45,757 bases of DNA from positions 1 through 45,757 of the forward strand of contig JBASVF010000200.1 of NCBI GenBank assembly GCA_049275795.1. Reading direction: 5' to 3'. Position numbers and translations under genes: made by a program. Under the pieces are notes generated by a model. That model was not told the origin of the DNA. It saw nothing but the letters and a program-made list of their open reading frames with translations, and ran no database searches. This document shows, piece by piece, positions 26,106 to 34,610 of the stretch (its first letter is position 1; each line of letters begins with the position of its first letter). This DNA is from Desulfomonilia bacterium. GTDB taxonomy: Bacteria; Desulfobacterota; Desulfomonilia; UBA1062.

Positions 26106-26990
26106 ATGAGACGAATCGGCGTATCGGCAGCTATCATCGCGCTCGTGCTCATCATGAGCGGCATGGCATACGCGCAGGCACAGGATGCTCAGCAGCAAGC
26201 AGGCGCGGAGCTGGTGAACGTGAACATCGCCACCATAGAGGAGCTCCAGCAGGTGCCCGGCATGGACCAGGCACTGGCACAGAGCATTGTCGAGTATCGG
26301 CAGGCAAACGGCCCCTTCTCTTCCGTGAAGGACCTCTCCAAGGTCCAGGGAATGGACGAGCAGAAGCTCAAGGGCATGAAAGGATACCTAACCGCGGAAA
26401 AGATCGACATCAATACCGCCACGGCCGAGCAGCTCAAGAACATTCCCGGAATGGACGAGTCCCTGGCCCAGAGCATTGTGGACTACCGGCAGGCCAACGG
26501 ACCCTTCTCCTCGGTGGACGGCCTCTCGCAGGTGCAGGGCATGGACCAGCAGAAGCTCGACTCTGTGAAGGGCTACCTCACCGCAGACAAGATCAACCTC
26601 AACACGGCCACTGCCGAGCAGCTCAAGGTGATCCCCGGGCTTGACGAGACACTGGCCCAGAGCATCGTTGAATACCGGCAGGTCAACGGCCCCTTCTCGT
26701 CGGTGGACGACCTCTCGCAGGTCCAGGGCATGGACCAGCAGAAGCTCGATTCCATCAGAGAGCACGTCAGCACCGACAAGATCAATCTCAACACGGCCAC
26801 GGCCGAGCATCTGCTGGTGATCCCCGGGCTCGACGAGTCACTGGCGCAGAATATCGTAGAATACCGGCAGACCAACGGACCCTTCTCCTCGGTGGATGAC
26901 CTTTCGCAGGTGAGCGGCATAACGGAGGACAAGCTCATCATCATCCGTGAGCATGTGAGCGTCGAGGACGAAGGCGGGGGAATGTTCTAG
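26106..26990 (+). CDS. secreted protein with four tandem ComEA-like modules, variant hairpins
   Basis: ATG at 26106 after GAAGGAGGA, with signal peptide ..SGMAYA. It carries 4 x 63-aa modules, each N[IL]NTATxEQLxxxPG[ML]D[EQ]xLAQSIVEYRQxNGPFSSVxxLSQVxG[MI][DT]. Confidence 0.9.
   Translation: MRRIGVSAAIIALVLIMSGMAYAQAQDAQQQAGAELVNVNIATIEELQQVPGMDQALAQSIVEYRQANGPFSSVKDLSKVQGMDEQKLKGMKGYLTAEKIDINTATAEQLKNIPGMDESLAQSIVDYRQANGPFSSVDGLSQVQGMDQQKLDSVKGYLTADKINLNTATAEQLKVIPGLDETLAQSIVEYRQVNGPFSSVDDLSQVQGMDQQKLDSIREHVSTDKINLNTATAEHLLVIPGLDESLAQNIVEYRQTNGPFSSVDDLSQVSGITEDKLIIIREHVSVEDEGGGMF
26211..26966 (+). repeat. 4 x 189-bp in-frame tandem repeat (coding domain repeat)
   Basis: Unit starts at 26211, 26400, 26589 and 26778. 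Units are clearly homologous at the DNA level but differ at many synonymous sites. Confidence 0.9.
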
Positions 26991-27170
26991 GATCCCGTGG
27001 CCGGCGGGCTGTTGCAGGTCCCTTCCTCAAGGGACCGGGCAGGAATGGAACGGCAAGAGGGGGTAATTCAGCCGTTTTCTCCGGCAGGCTCGAGGCCTCA
27101 GGCGGCCTTCGTGATGTTTAACAGGGCAATGTCGGTACAGAATACATGCTCAATAAGGAGGTAACCGGAG

Positions 27171-27614
27171 ATGGAGAACAGGTATATCGCAGGGATAGTC
27201 CTGGCGCTGCTCACCGCACTATTCTGTCTTGCCTCGTGCTCGGGCACGCAGGAGCGGGAGGTCGGAGGCCCCTACCCAGGGCCCGGAGGAACCTATGAGG
27301 AGCCAGGCGTGGCGGTCGAGCCGGTGGATATCAACTCGGCCACGGTGGCCGACCTCATGACCGTTCCCGGAATGGACCAGGTAACCGCGCAGAACATCGT
27401 GCAGTATCGAGAGGTGAACGGGCCATTCGACTCCGTGGACGGACTCTTGAATGTCAGCGGGATCGACGAGCAGAGGCTCGATACGCTGCGTGACTGGATC
27501 ACGGTGATGGAACCCGGAACCGGCCAGCAGGATATGGAGATGCCCTCCCAGGATGAGAGCGCTCCCATAGAGCAGGATCCGGGCGACGTGTTCCATAACG
27601 GAGAATACCAATAG
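27171..27614 (+). CDS. ComEA-like lipoprotein, variant hairpins (1 module)
   Basis: AAGGAGG RBS and lipobox LASC. The module reads VDINSATVADLMTVPGMDQVTAQNIVQYREVNGPFDSVDGLLNVSGIDEQRLDTL, followed by an acidic tail. Confidence 0.85.
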   Translation: MENRYIAGIVLALLTALFCLASCSGTQEREVGGPYPGPGGTYEEPGVAVEPVDINSATVADLMTVPGMDQVTAQNIVQYREVNGPFDSVDGLLNVSGIDEQRLDTLRDWITVMEPGTGQQDMEMPSQDESAPIEQDPGDVFHNGEYQ

Positions 27615-27879
27615 CCGAGAATGGAGTGTTTCATTCACCCCCTTTGAGCCGGCACAGATTCAAGGCGCATCTGGGCATCACCGGCAGGCGGCTCAGGCGC
27701 CTCCTGCCGCATGGAATCGCCCGGGCGTAGCGGGGAGGTGACGGCGCTGGCGCTTTTCGCACCGGCGTTGCCTGTCTACCTCGATGCGTGGGCGCAGGAA
27801 CGGGCGACCCGGTCTGATGCATTGCCTCCCTGAACACGGCCGTGCCTGGAGGGGGAGCAACAGTCCAAGGAGGAAAACC

Positions 27880-28356
27880 ATGAAGAGATGTCTCATAACC
27901 GCAATAGTGGTCCTGGCAGCCGTCTTTGCGCTGTCCCTGGCTTCCTGCGGGCAGCAGGGCGACCAGGCTCAGGTGGAACCAGGCACGCAGACCGACCAGA
28001 GCGCCCAGGCTCCGGGCGAGGAGCAGATGGACGGCCAGCAGGCCGCGCCTTCCACCCCCATCGACATCAATGCGGCCTCAGTCGAGGAGCTGGCCTCGAT
28101 CCCCGGACTCGACCAGACCCTGGCACAGAACATCATCGATTACCGCGAGTCGTACGGCCCCTTCTCATCGGTGGACGACCTGCTTCAGGTCAGCGGCATG
28201 GACCAGCAGACCCTGGATTCGATCAGGGGATGGGTAACGGTGGAGCAAGGAGAGGCCATGCCCGAGCAAACACCCGGGCAGACGCCGGGACAGCTCCCCG
28301 GCCAGGCTCCCGATGAGAGCCCGGGAGGCGCAATGGGGGGCGAGGGAGGCATCTAG
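27880..28356 (+). CDS. ComEA-like lipoprotein, variant hairpins (1 module)
   Basis: ATG at 27880 after AAGGAGGA, with lipobox LASC and a Q/E-rich spacer. The module reads IDINAASVEELASIPGLDQTLAQNIIDYRESYGPFSSVDDLLQVSGMDQQTLDSI, followed by the tail PGQTPGQLPGQAP. Confidence 0.85.
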   Translation: MKRCLITAIVVLAAVFALSLASCGQQGDQAQVEPGTQTDQSAQAPGEEQMDGQQAAPSTPIDINAASVEELASIPGLDQTLAQNIIDYRESYGPFSSVDDLLQVSGMDQQTLDSIRGWVTVEQGEAMPEQTPGQTPGQLPGQAPDESPGGAMGGEGGI

Positions 28357-28499
28357 CCCCTTACCCGGAACAACCGTCCTTAAGAGGTTATCCGTAAAAC
28401 GACGGAACCCCTTGAAGCCGGCAAAGGGTGCGAATCAGGACCGTAACGGGTTCTGATCGCCCTTTGCAAGGCCTCCCGCAGGCTCATGGACAAAAGCCC

Positions 28500-28535
28500 G
28501 ATGCCGGTGCCCAACAGCACCGGCATCCATTTTTT
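28500..28535 (+). terminator. rho-independent terminator
   Basis: 11-bp perfect stem GATGCCGGTGC/GCACCGGCATC (28500-28510 with 28517-28527) with a 6-nt loop, then a T6 run at 28530-28535. Confidence 0.65.
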
Positions 28536-28648
28536 ATCACACGACATTTTCCCCTTGTCTAAAGAGGCTGAATGGTTTTATAGAAATGATATTGTAATGA
28601 TGATGGTGCCTTTAAAAAGGCAAATTCAAGTATAAAGGAGGTTAAACA

Positions 28649-28984
28649 ATGCAGGGGAAAACGTGTACCATTCTGGCAGGAGCGGTCCTGGTTCTCGTGC
28701 TTGCCATGGGCGGCCTCGCATACGGAGAGTCGTCACCCGGGAAGATCAACATCAACACCGCCACGATCGAAGAACTCCAGCTGCTCCCGGGGATCGGCCT
28801 GGCAACGGCCCAGAACATCATCGAGTACCGTAAGGCCAACGGACCCTTCACCACCATGGAAGAGTTCACCAAGGTGCGGGGGATCGGTGAGCGCAAGTTC
28901 GAGCGGCTGCGCCCCTATCTCAAGCTCGACGGGGACTCTGATTTCGATCCGGTCCAGGATGTCCCGGACACGGAATCGCTCTGA
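28649..28984 (+). CDS. comEA: canonical ComEA-type periplasmic DNA-binding protein
   Basis: AAGGAGG RBS and signal peptide ..GGLAYG. The module ININTATIEELQLLPGIGLATAQNIIEYRKANGPFTTMEEFTKVRGIGERKFERLRPYL has both G-I-G hairpins and is net basic. Confidence 0.85.
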   Translation: MQGKTCTILAGAVLVLVLAMGGLAYGESSPGKININTATIEELQLLPGIGLATAQNIIEYRKANGPFTTMEEFTKVRGIGERKFERLRPYLKLDGDSDFDPVQDVPDTESL

Positions 28985-29041
28985 GCTCCAGGGGGTGCGC
29001 AATCGGCTCCCTGGATAATCCTCCCTCTTTGAAAAAAGCGC

Positions 29042-29075
29042 CGGCGCGCTTGCCACGCCGGCGCTTCCCTTCGGT
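29042..29075 (-). terminator. intrinsic terminator after the cbpA-like gene (possibly bidirectional)
   Basis: 10-bp GC stem AGCGCCGGCG/CGCCGGCGCT (29047-29056 with 29066-29075). It is followed on the minus strand by a T6 run (A-run 29042-29047 on +). Confidence 0.5.
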
Positions 29076-29104
29076 TCATGCCCGGGACCCTGCTAAAGGT
29101 CAGC

Positions 29105-30043
29105 TCACGGCGTGAAGCCCGAGACCTTCTTGAGCTCTGCGAAGAGCCTTTTCTCCTCGCTGGTGAGGTTCTTGGGCATCATGATCATGACCTGTGCGAA
29201 AAAGTCCCCCCTGTTCGCCAGGCCCTTGCCCTTGAGCCTGAGCCGCTGGCCCGAGGACACCCCTGCCGGGACCTTGAGCTTGAAGGTGCCTTCCGGGGTC
29301 TCGATGGTCTTGGTCGTGCCCAGGGCCGCGTCCCAGGGAGCGAGCGGCAGGTCTGCCACGATGTCATTGCCTTCCAGCCGGTACTTGCCGTTCGGGGCAA
29401 TACGCACCTTGAGGTAGAGGTCGCCCGCACCTCCCACACCGGGGTTTCCCTGGTTCGCGAGGCGTATCTTCATTCCGTCGTGTGCACCTGCGGGAATCTT
29501 TACGTTGAGTCTCTTGGTGCCCCCGGGGCCCTGGAGCTGGATCTCTCTGGTGGTGCCCTTGAAGGCCTCTTCCACCGAGATCTTTACCTCGGTCTCCATG
29601 TCCTCGCCCCGGGCGAATGTCGTGCCGGCCGGCGAATGGCCCGCCATCCCCAGGTCACCGAAGAGCGACTCGAAAAAGTCGGAAAAGCCGCCCGCCCTTC
29701 CGCCTCCTGTTCCGAACTCGAAGGAGAAGGTGCGCCCCCTTCCCGGTCCGCGCCGGCTTGAGAAGGGCCCGGCGCTGAAGATGTCCTCGAACCCTGGCGG
29801 CGGCCTGAATGTCTGCCCTTCCTGCCAATTGCTCCCCAGCGCGTCGTACCGCTCGCGCTTCTTGGGGTCCCCGAGCACCTCGTAGGCCTCGTTGATCTCC
29901 TTGAAGCGCCTCTCTGCATCGGGATCGTTGCGGCAGGTGTCCGGATGGCAGTCACGCGCCAGCTTCCGGTAGCGCTTCTTTATCTCATCCTGGGTTGCAT
30001 TTCTCTCAACACCCAGGACCTTGTAATAATCCTTGTATTCCAA
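29105..30043 (-). CDS. cbpA: DnaJ-class co-chaperone lacking the Zn-finger domain (CbpA-like)
   Basis: The J-domain [35 protein letters not shown] carries the HPD motif. It is followed by a G/F-rich region and two DnaJ C-terminal beta domains, with no CxxCxGxG repeats. Confidence 0.85.
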   Translation of the reverse strand: MEYKDYYKVLGVERNATQDEIKKRYRKLARDCHPDTCRNDPDAERRFKEINEAYEVLGDPKKRERYDALGSNWQEGQTFRPPPGFEDIFSAGPFSSRRGPGRGRTFSFEFGTGGGRAGGFSDFFESLFGDLGMAGHSPAGTTFARGEDMETEVKISVEEAFKGTTREIQLQGPGGTKRLNVKIPAGAHDGMKIRLANQGNPGVGGAGDLYLKVRIAPNGKYRLEGNDIVADLPLAPWDAALGTTKTIETPEGTFKLKVPAGVSSGQRLRLKGKGLANRGDFFAQVMIMMPKNLTSEEKRLFAELKKVSGFTP

Positions 30044-30227
30044 GAATTTGCCCTCTTGTTCTCGTGATTATCACTTATTACATAGGAGAACGCACAGGGA
30101 AAATCAATGCCGTGCACCTTGAGGCCGGTCCCTGGGGCCCTGGCTTCAAGCCGCAGATGCGGCCCTTACCTCGAAAACCGCGGGGATCGGACAGGGAAGG
30201 AAAACGCAATGCCCTCACGGCATGATT

Positions 30228-31148
30228 TCAGAACCGGTCGTCGAGCTGCGCCAGGATGGAGCCGGGTATTCTCTCGAGCTCGGGAACCGAGACCCCGGCC
30301 CGCCGGATTGCCTCGATGGCCCCATCCAGGTGCTCCCGGGCGATGTCCCTGCTCTGCTCGAGGATACTGGGGGTGATGTGTGCGATGAGGTACAGCTGCC
30401 GCTCTTCCGGGGAGGACAGCCGCATGACCTCGGAGAGCGTCTCGGGCTTTTCCCGGAAGATCAGGATCAGGGGAAGCGTGGACTTACCCTCGAGAATGTC
30501 GTTGTACGGGTCTTTGTCGTCTTCCGAGATTGGGGCGAGGTTGATGATGTCATCGACGATCTGGAACCCCATGCCGACGGTGCGCCCGTAGTCCACCAGG
30601 GCCCCGAGGGCCTCGGGAGCCAGCCCGGCGAGGAATGCCGGGGCATAGGCGCAGAACTCGAAGAGCGTGGCTGTCTTTAAGTAGATGATGTCGAAGTACA
30701 CATCGAGCCTGTCGTGGAATGACCGTGCACACTCGAGCTCTTTGAGCTCGCCTTCAGCCATCTTCCTTATGGTGCGGGCCATGCCCTTGATGAGCTCGAT
30801 GCTGCCCGCCGAACAGACGGTTTCCACGGCGGAGGCGGACATGAAGTCCCCCGCGAGCAGGGCGGGCTTGTCGCCGAAGACCTGGTTGGCCGTGGGCCGC
30901 GCCCGGCGCATCTCCGCGCCGTCCACCACGTCGTCGTGAAGCAGGCTGGCTGTGTGCATGAGTTCCACGGTGAAAGCCACCGGCATGACCTTGCCGTCCG
31001 GCAGACCGAGGGCCTTTCCGAGCAGCATGACGATCCTGGGGCGAAGGCGCTTGCCTCCGGAACCGAGAATGTACTCCCCGATCTGCGCCGTATAGGCTGT
31101 CGAGCTCTGGAAGATTTCTCTGAGGTTCTTCTCGAAAGATGCATCCAT
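30228..31148 (-). CDS. trans-polyprenyl diphosphate synthase (IspB/HepT-like), atypical second Asp-rich motif
   Basis: Counted from MDASFEKNL (ATG at 31148). GGKRLRP, first Asp-rich motif LLHDDVVDG, and second motif FQIVDDIIN (DDxxN instead of DDxxD). The chain length cannot be determined. Confidence 0.8.
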   Translation of the reverse strand: MDASFEKNLREIFQSSTAYTAQIGEYILGSGGKRLRPRIVMLLGKALGLPDGKVMPVAFTVELMHTASLLHDDVVDGAEMRRARPTANQVFGDKPALLAGDFMSASAVETVCSAGSIELIKGMARTIRKMAEGELKELECARSFHDRLDVYFDIIYLKTATLFEFCAYAPAFLAGLAPEALGALVDYGRTVGMGFQIVDDIINLAPISEDDKDPYNDILEGKSTLPLILIFREKPETLSEVMRLSSPEERQLYLIAHITPSILEQSRDIAREHLDGAIEAIRRAGVSVPELERIPGSILAQLDDRF

Positions 31149-31628
31149 AGCCTGCCTATACCAGAGAGAAAGTCCGATATCAACGCAAACCTCTCCGGCA
31201 CCCTGCCCTAAGGACCGGCAGTTGCAGCTGTTTTTCACAGGGGCCTTTCCCGGGATCCTGACGGCAGGTTCGGCGGGTCCCTCAACCGGTCTGCCTGGCG
31301 GCTCATTGTCAGAAGACCTGTCCTACCGGCGCCGGGTTTCCCGCGGACTGTGATCCCTGGCCCTCGAGATGCACATCCGCCGCGGGCTGCGCGGAATGCT
31401 TCTCACCGCGGACAGGCCGCGATGCTCAAAGAGGATCCGCGCCGTCCTACGGTCTCGAGCCGCCCGTGTTCCTCGCAGCGGGCCTGGTGGTCTGCCGTGT
31501 TGATGCTCGGTCCCGGGGCCGGGCGTGGATGCAGGGCCCGTCCGACCGGATGCCCCGGCCTTACACGCAAGGGATTGGCGCCCATGCAGGCGGCGCGCAC
31601 CGGCCCCCAAGGGAGGCCCTGCGATCCG

Positions 31629-32921
31629 TCACGGGTCCCGGGACGGATCTTCCGACCTGATCCTTCCGATGATGCCGGTAGTGGAGCACCCCTGCCTGAA
31701 GGACAGGGACCTCACCTTGCCGTCGTAGGATTTCACGATATCGGAGCCCACGATATCCTCGGGCGCCCAGTCCCCTCCCTTGACGAGCACATCGGGGCGC
31801 AGGGCCGCGATGAGCTCATAGGGGGTGTCCTCGCCGAATATGCAGACGTAGTCGACCGCCTCCAACGCCGAGAGCACCTCAGCGCGGGCCTCCTCGCCGT
31901 TGATGGGCCGCTCGGGCCCTTTGAGCCTTCTCACCGAGTCGTCGGAGTTGAGCCCGACCACCAGGAGGTCACCCAGGCCCCTCGCCTCCTTGAGGTATGA
32001 CACGTGCCCCTGGTGCAGGATGTCAAAGCACCCGTTGGTGAAGACCGTCTTCATGCCCCGGGCCTTGACATCCTCGATCCGGGTTGCGAGCTCGCTGCGG
32101 CCGAGGATCTTGGTCCTCTCCCCCAGCCCCGCGGGCCAGGCCCTCGAGGCGAGCTGCGCCGTGGAGCGGCCCAGCGCGAGGTAGGAGTGAAGGACGTCGG
32201 GAAAGCGCCTTTCCAGAGCCTGAAGGTGGGCCAGCACCGTTTCCCAGTCTCCCCGCCGGATCGGACCGGTCAGGGCTGACCTGCCGTGGGCCCTGATGTT
32301 CTCCAGGGTGCCTTGCATCAGGGGGATGAGGTGCCCGATATCGAGCCCCGCACCCTCCACGAGCTCGGCCGCCTGTGAGGCGAGGGTCACCAGGTAGTTG
32401 GAGGCCATGACCGCGGCGGCGTGGTAGAGCACTTTGTCTTCCTTCGTGATGCCCAGCATGCACGATCCGAGCGAGTCCACCAGGCCCTGCGCAGCCCGCC
32501 GTGCGGCCTCCGAACCTTCGAAGGTAAAGAGCGAGCCGGCAATGGCCTCCCCGGCCAGCTCCGGGTCCATGATGGACTGAAGCGGATGCAGGCTCCCCGT
32601 CTCTCCCCCGTACCAGGCCAGGGGCTCGAGCACCTCGGAGGTGAGCAGGCCGCTGAAATGCAGGAACACCAGGCCCTCGCAGGCATCCTTCCACGCGGCC
32701 GCGATACGCTGCGCCGTCTGGACGATGACGCTGTCCGGCACAGCGAGGAGCACCACCGCAGCTCCTTCTGGGCTGGGCGGGATATCCGTAAACACCGGGG
32801 TATCGCCCCGGGCCTCCTTCGACGAGATCACCCACCGCGCCCGGTGGCCCGCATCGGTCAGCAGGGAGAGCATGGCTCCCCCCACCCTGCCCAGTCCGAT
32901 CACGGCGAAATCATACCGCAT
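31629..32921 (-). CDS. fusion protein: Rossmann/DUF2520-type oxidoreductase-like N-terminal domain plus RfaE domain II-type heptose-1-phosphate adenylyltransferase C-terminal domain
   Basis: The N-terminus reads [26 protein letters not shown] (the DUF2520/COG5495 pattern as I remember it). The C-terminus reads [55 protein letters not shown], closely following HldE domain II. The start at 32921 is preferred over 32972. Confidence 0.8.
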   Translation of the reverse strand: MRYDFAVIGLGRVGGAMLSLLTDAGHRARWVISSKEARGDTPVFTDIPPSPEGAAVVLLAVPDSVIVQTAQRIAAAWKDACEGLVFLHFSGLLTSEVLEPLAWYGGETGSLHPLQSIMDPELAGEAIAGSLFTFEGSEAARRAAQGLVDSLGSCMLGITKEDKVLYHAAAVMASNYLVTLASQAAELVEGAGLDIGHLIPLMQGTLENIRAHGRSALTGPIRRGDWETVLAHLQALERRFPDVLHSYLALGRSTAQLASRAWPAGLGERTKILGRSELATRIEDVKARGMKTVFTNGCFDILHQGHVSYLKEARGLGDLLVVGLNSDDSVRRLKGPERPINGEEARAEVLSALEAVDYVCIFGEDTPYELIAALRPDVLVKGGDWAPEDIVGSDIVKSYDGKVRSLSFRQGCSTTGIIGRIRSEDPSRDP

Positions 32922-33822
32922 CCATCGCTCCTTCCTTCCTAAGCCGTTCGAACCGTTCCCAGTCCATGACAAAGGAGAGCTCGTTCATGGTGGATTCGAG
33001 CAGCTCCTTGTACTCCTTGCGCTCGAAGTACCGGTTCAGCCTCCGCGAAATGGGGTACATCTGCTCCGAGGGCTTCCACGAAAACGGCTCGCCGGTCTTG
33101 GCGTTGATCAGACAGTCGAAGGTGACGGCGAACGACACCTTGGCAAGGGGGACCTCCGAGAAGTCCCGCATGATCGCTCCAAGCGTCCCGGCGTCGATCG
33201 GGGAGAAGAACGAGTACATGCGCGAGTAGAGCTCAGAGTAGAGTTTCGAGTAGATTACCGCTGCGTGGTAGAACTCGGGGATATCGATGATGGCGTCCTT
33301 TTTGAGGTCCCTGCCGAAGGTGTAGAGGATCTTCTGCATGTTCTTGAGGCCACCGAGGCCAGGGTACTGCTGCCCCGGGAGCCTCGGCCTCTCCGGGGTG
33401 AAGGAGGCCGCTGGGTCCTGGAGGGCCAGCCACTCGATCAGGAGCATGGTGAGCCCGCCCTGGAAATCGAAATCCGGCACAAAGGTCTGCCTGGGCCTGA
33501 ACACCCCTTCGCGCACGATCAACTCGACGAGCCGCACCTCCTCGCCGGGGGATTTCTCCGAGCTGACGTAGAGCCTGGAGGTGTAGTTGTCCTGTTTCGC
33601 CAGATAGATGCGCAGGTCCCGGTATCCTTTCCAGGAAAGGATTTCCGTCATTCCGGACTTCTCGAGCAGGGCCCTGATCCCATCCTCGTCGTAGAGGCCG
33701 AGAAACCTTCCCGAGGAAAACAGGTCCCCGGGCGCATCGATCCGGGCGCCCTCGAACTCCCTGGTGATGTCCTCCAGGTACCTGGGCTCCTTCTTGGTCG
33801 GATAGCCGCTGCGTATTGTCAT
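32911..33822 (-). CDS. hypothetical protein (303 aa), no recognised family
   Basis: Long ORF of ordinary composition. It overlaps the comF stop by 4 nt and the downstream fusion-gene start by 11 nt. Confidence 0.6.
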   Translation of the reverse strand: MTIRSGYPTKKEPRYLEDITREFEGARIDAPGDLFSSGRFLGLYDEDGIRALLEKSGMTEILSWKGYRDLRIYLAKQDNYTSRLYVSSEKSPGEEVRLVELIVREGVFRPRQTFVPDFDFQGGLTMLLIEWLALQDPAASFTPERPRLPGQQYPGLGGLKNMQKILYTFGRDLKKDAIIDIPEFYHAAVIYSKLYSELYSRMYSFFSPIDAGTLGAIMRDFSEVPLAKVSFAVTFDCLINAKTGEPFSWKPSEQMYPISRRLNRYFERKEYKELLESTMNELSFVMDWERFERLRKEGAMDAV

Positions 33823-34562
33823 GAGATCGTCCTCCCCACGCTCGCGAAAACAACGCGCCTGGCCCCGGCTCCTTTGAGCACCCTCGAGATCTCCCGGGCT
33901 GTCTGCCCTGTCGTGATCACGTCGTCGACGACCACGACCGACTTCCCCTCGACACCCGCGGCGGTGAAGGCGCCTTTCAGGTTCCTCTGCCTGTCGGCCC
34001 TGGGCAGTCCGACCTGGCGGGGCGTCTTCCTGGTCTTGCGCAGTACTCCATATCTCACATCGCCTCCCAGATATCCAGTCAATTCACGGGCTATGAGCGC
34101 CGACTGGTTATAGCCACGCTCCACCAGCCGCATCCAGTGCAGCGGAACCGGGAGGATGAGATCCGGGGCCGGCTCACTGCCTGCAAGGCTCTCGGCCAGG
34201 AGCCCGGCCAGGAACCTTTTGAACGAGGTGGCGCGGCGGTACTTGAACCGGTGGATGATGTCCCTGGCAAGGCCCTCGTACAGGCAGGCGCTCAGCATCC
34301 TGTCGAAGGGCGGCGGGCGGTGCAGGCACTCGATGCAGATCCCCGAGGTGCCCACGGGCGCTCCGCATATCTCGCAGGCAGGCTCCGGGATGCGGCGGAT
34401 CCTCGAGCGGCACTCCTCGCACACGCCCAGAACCACCTTTGCGTTGCCCGAGCACACCAGGCACCTTGCCGGCATGATATGGCTCACCAGGGGAGAAAGC
34501 ATGGAAAAACGTATACCACAGGGCCGTCCGGGCTCCAAGGCCCGCAGGGGCTTCTCGAGCAC
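33819..34562 (-). CDS. comF: ComF-family phosphoribosyltransferase-like protein
   Basis: N-terminal 4-Cys zinc region (CLVCSG..CEECRSR..CEICGAP..CIEC) and C-terminal PRTase motif VVVVDDVITTGQT. The start may be an internal Met (MLSPL.. or MPARC..). Confidence 0.8.
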   Translation of the reverse strand: MLEKPLRALEPGRPCGIRFSMLSPLVSHIMPARCLVCSGNAKVVLGVCEECRSRIRRIPEPACEICGAPVGTSGICIECLHRPPPFDRMLSACLYEGLARDIIHRFKYRRATSFKRFLAGLLAESLAGSEPAPDLILPVPLHWMRLVERGYNQSALIARELTGYLGGDVRYGVLRKTRKTPRQVGLPRADRQRNLKGAFTAAGVEGKSVVVVDDVITTGQTAREISRVLKGAGARRVVFASVGRTIS

Positions 34563-34610
34563 TCTTGACCGGCGGCCCGGGGCTGCTGTCAGGAACGGCC
34601 AGAACAGGCG

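Noticed and set aside
26211-26966. CRISPR-like or minisatellite interpretation of the 189-bp tandem repeats
   Set aside because: The repeats are contiguous with no spacers, lie in frame within a coding gene with a signal peptide, and correspond exactly to protein domain units.
31149-31628. RNase P RNA, tmRNA, SRP RNA or a cobalamin riboswitch in the GC-rich gap
   Set aside because: I looked on both strands for GGAAAGTCCGGGC and ACAGAAxCCGGCTTA (RNase P), a tRNA-like GGGG..TCCACCA end (tmRNA), GGAAGCAGCC (SRP) and the B12 box GCCACTG. None was found.
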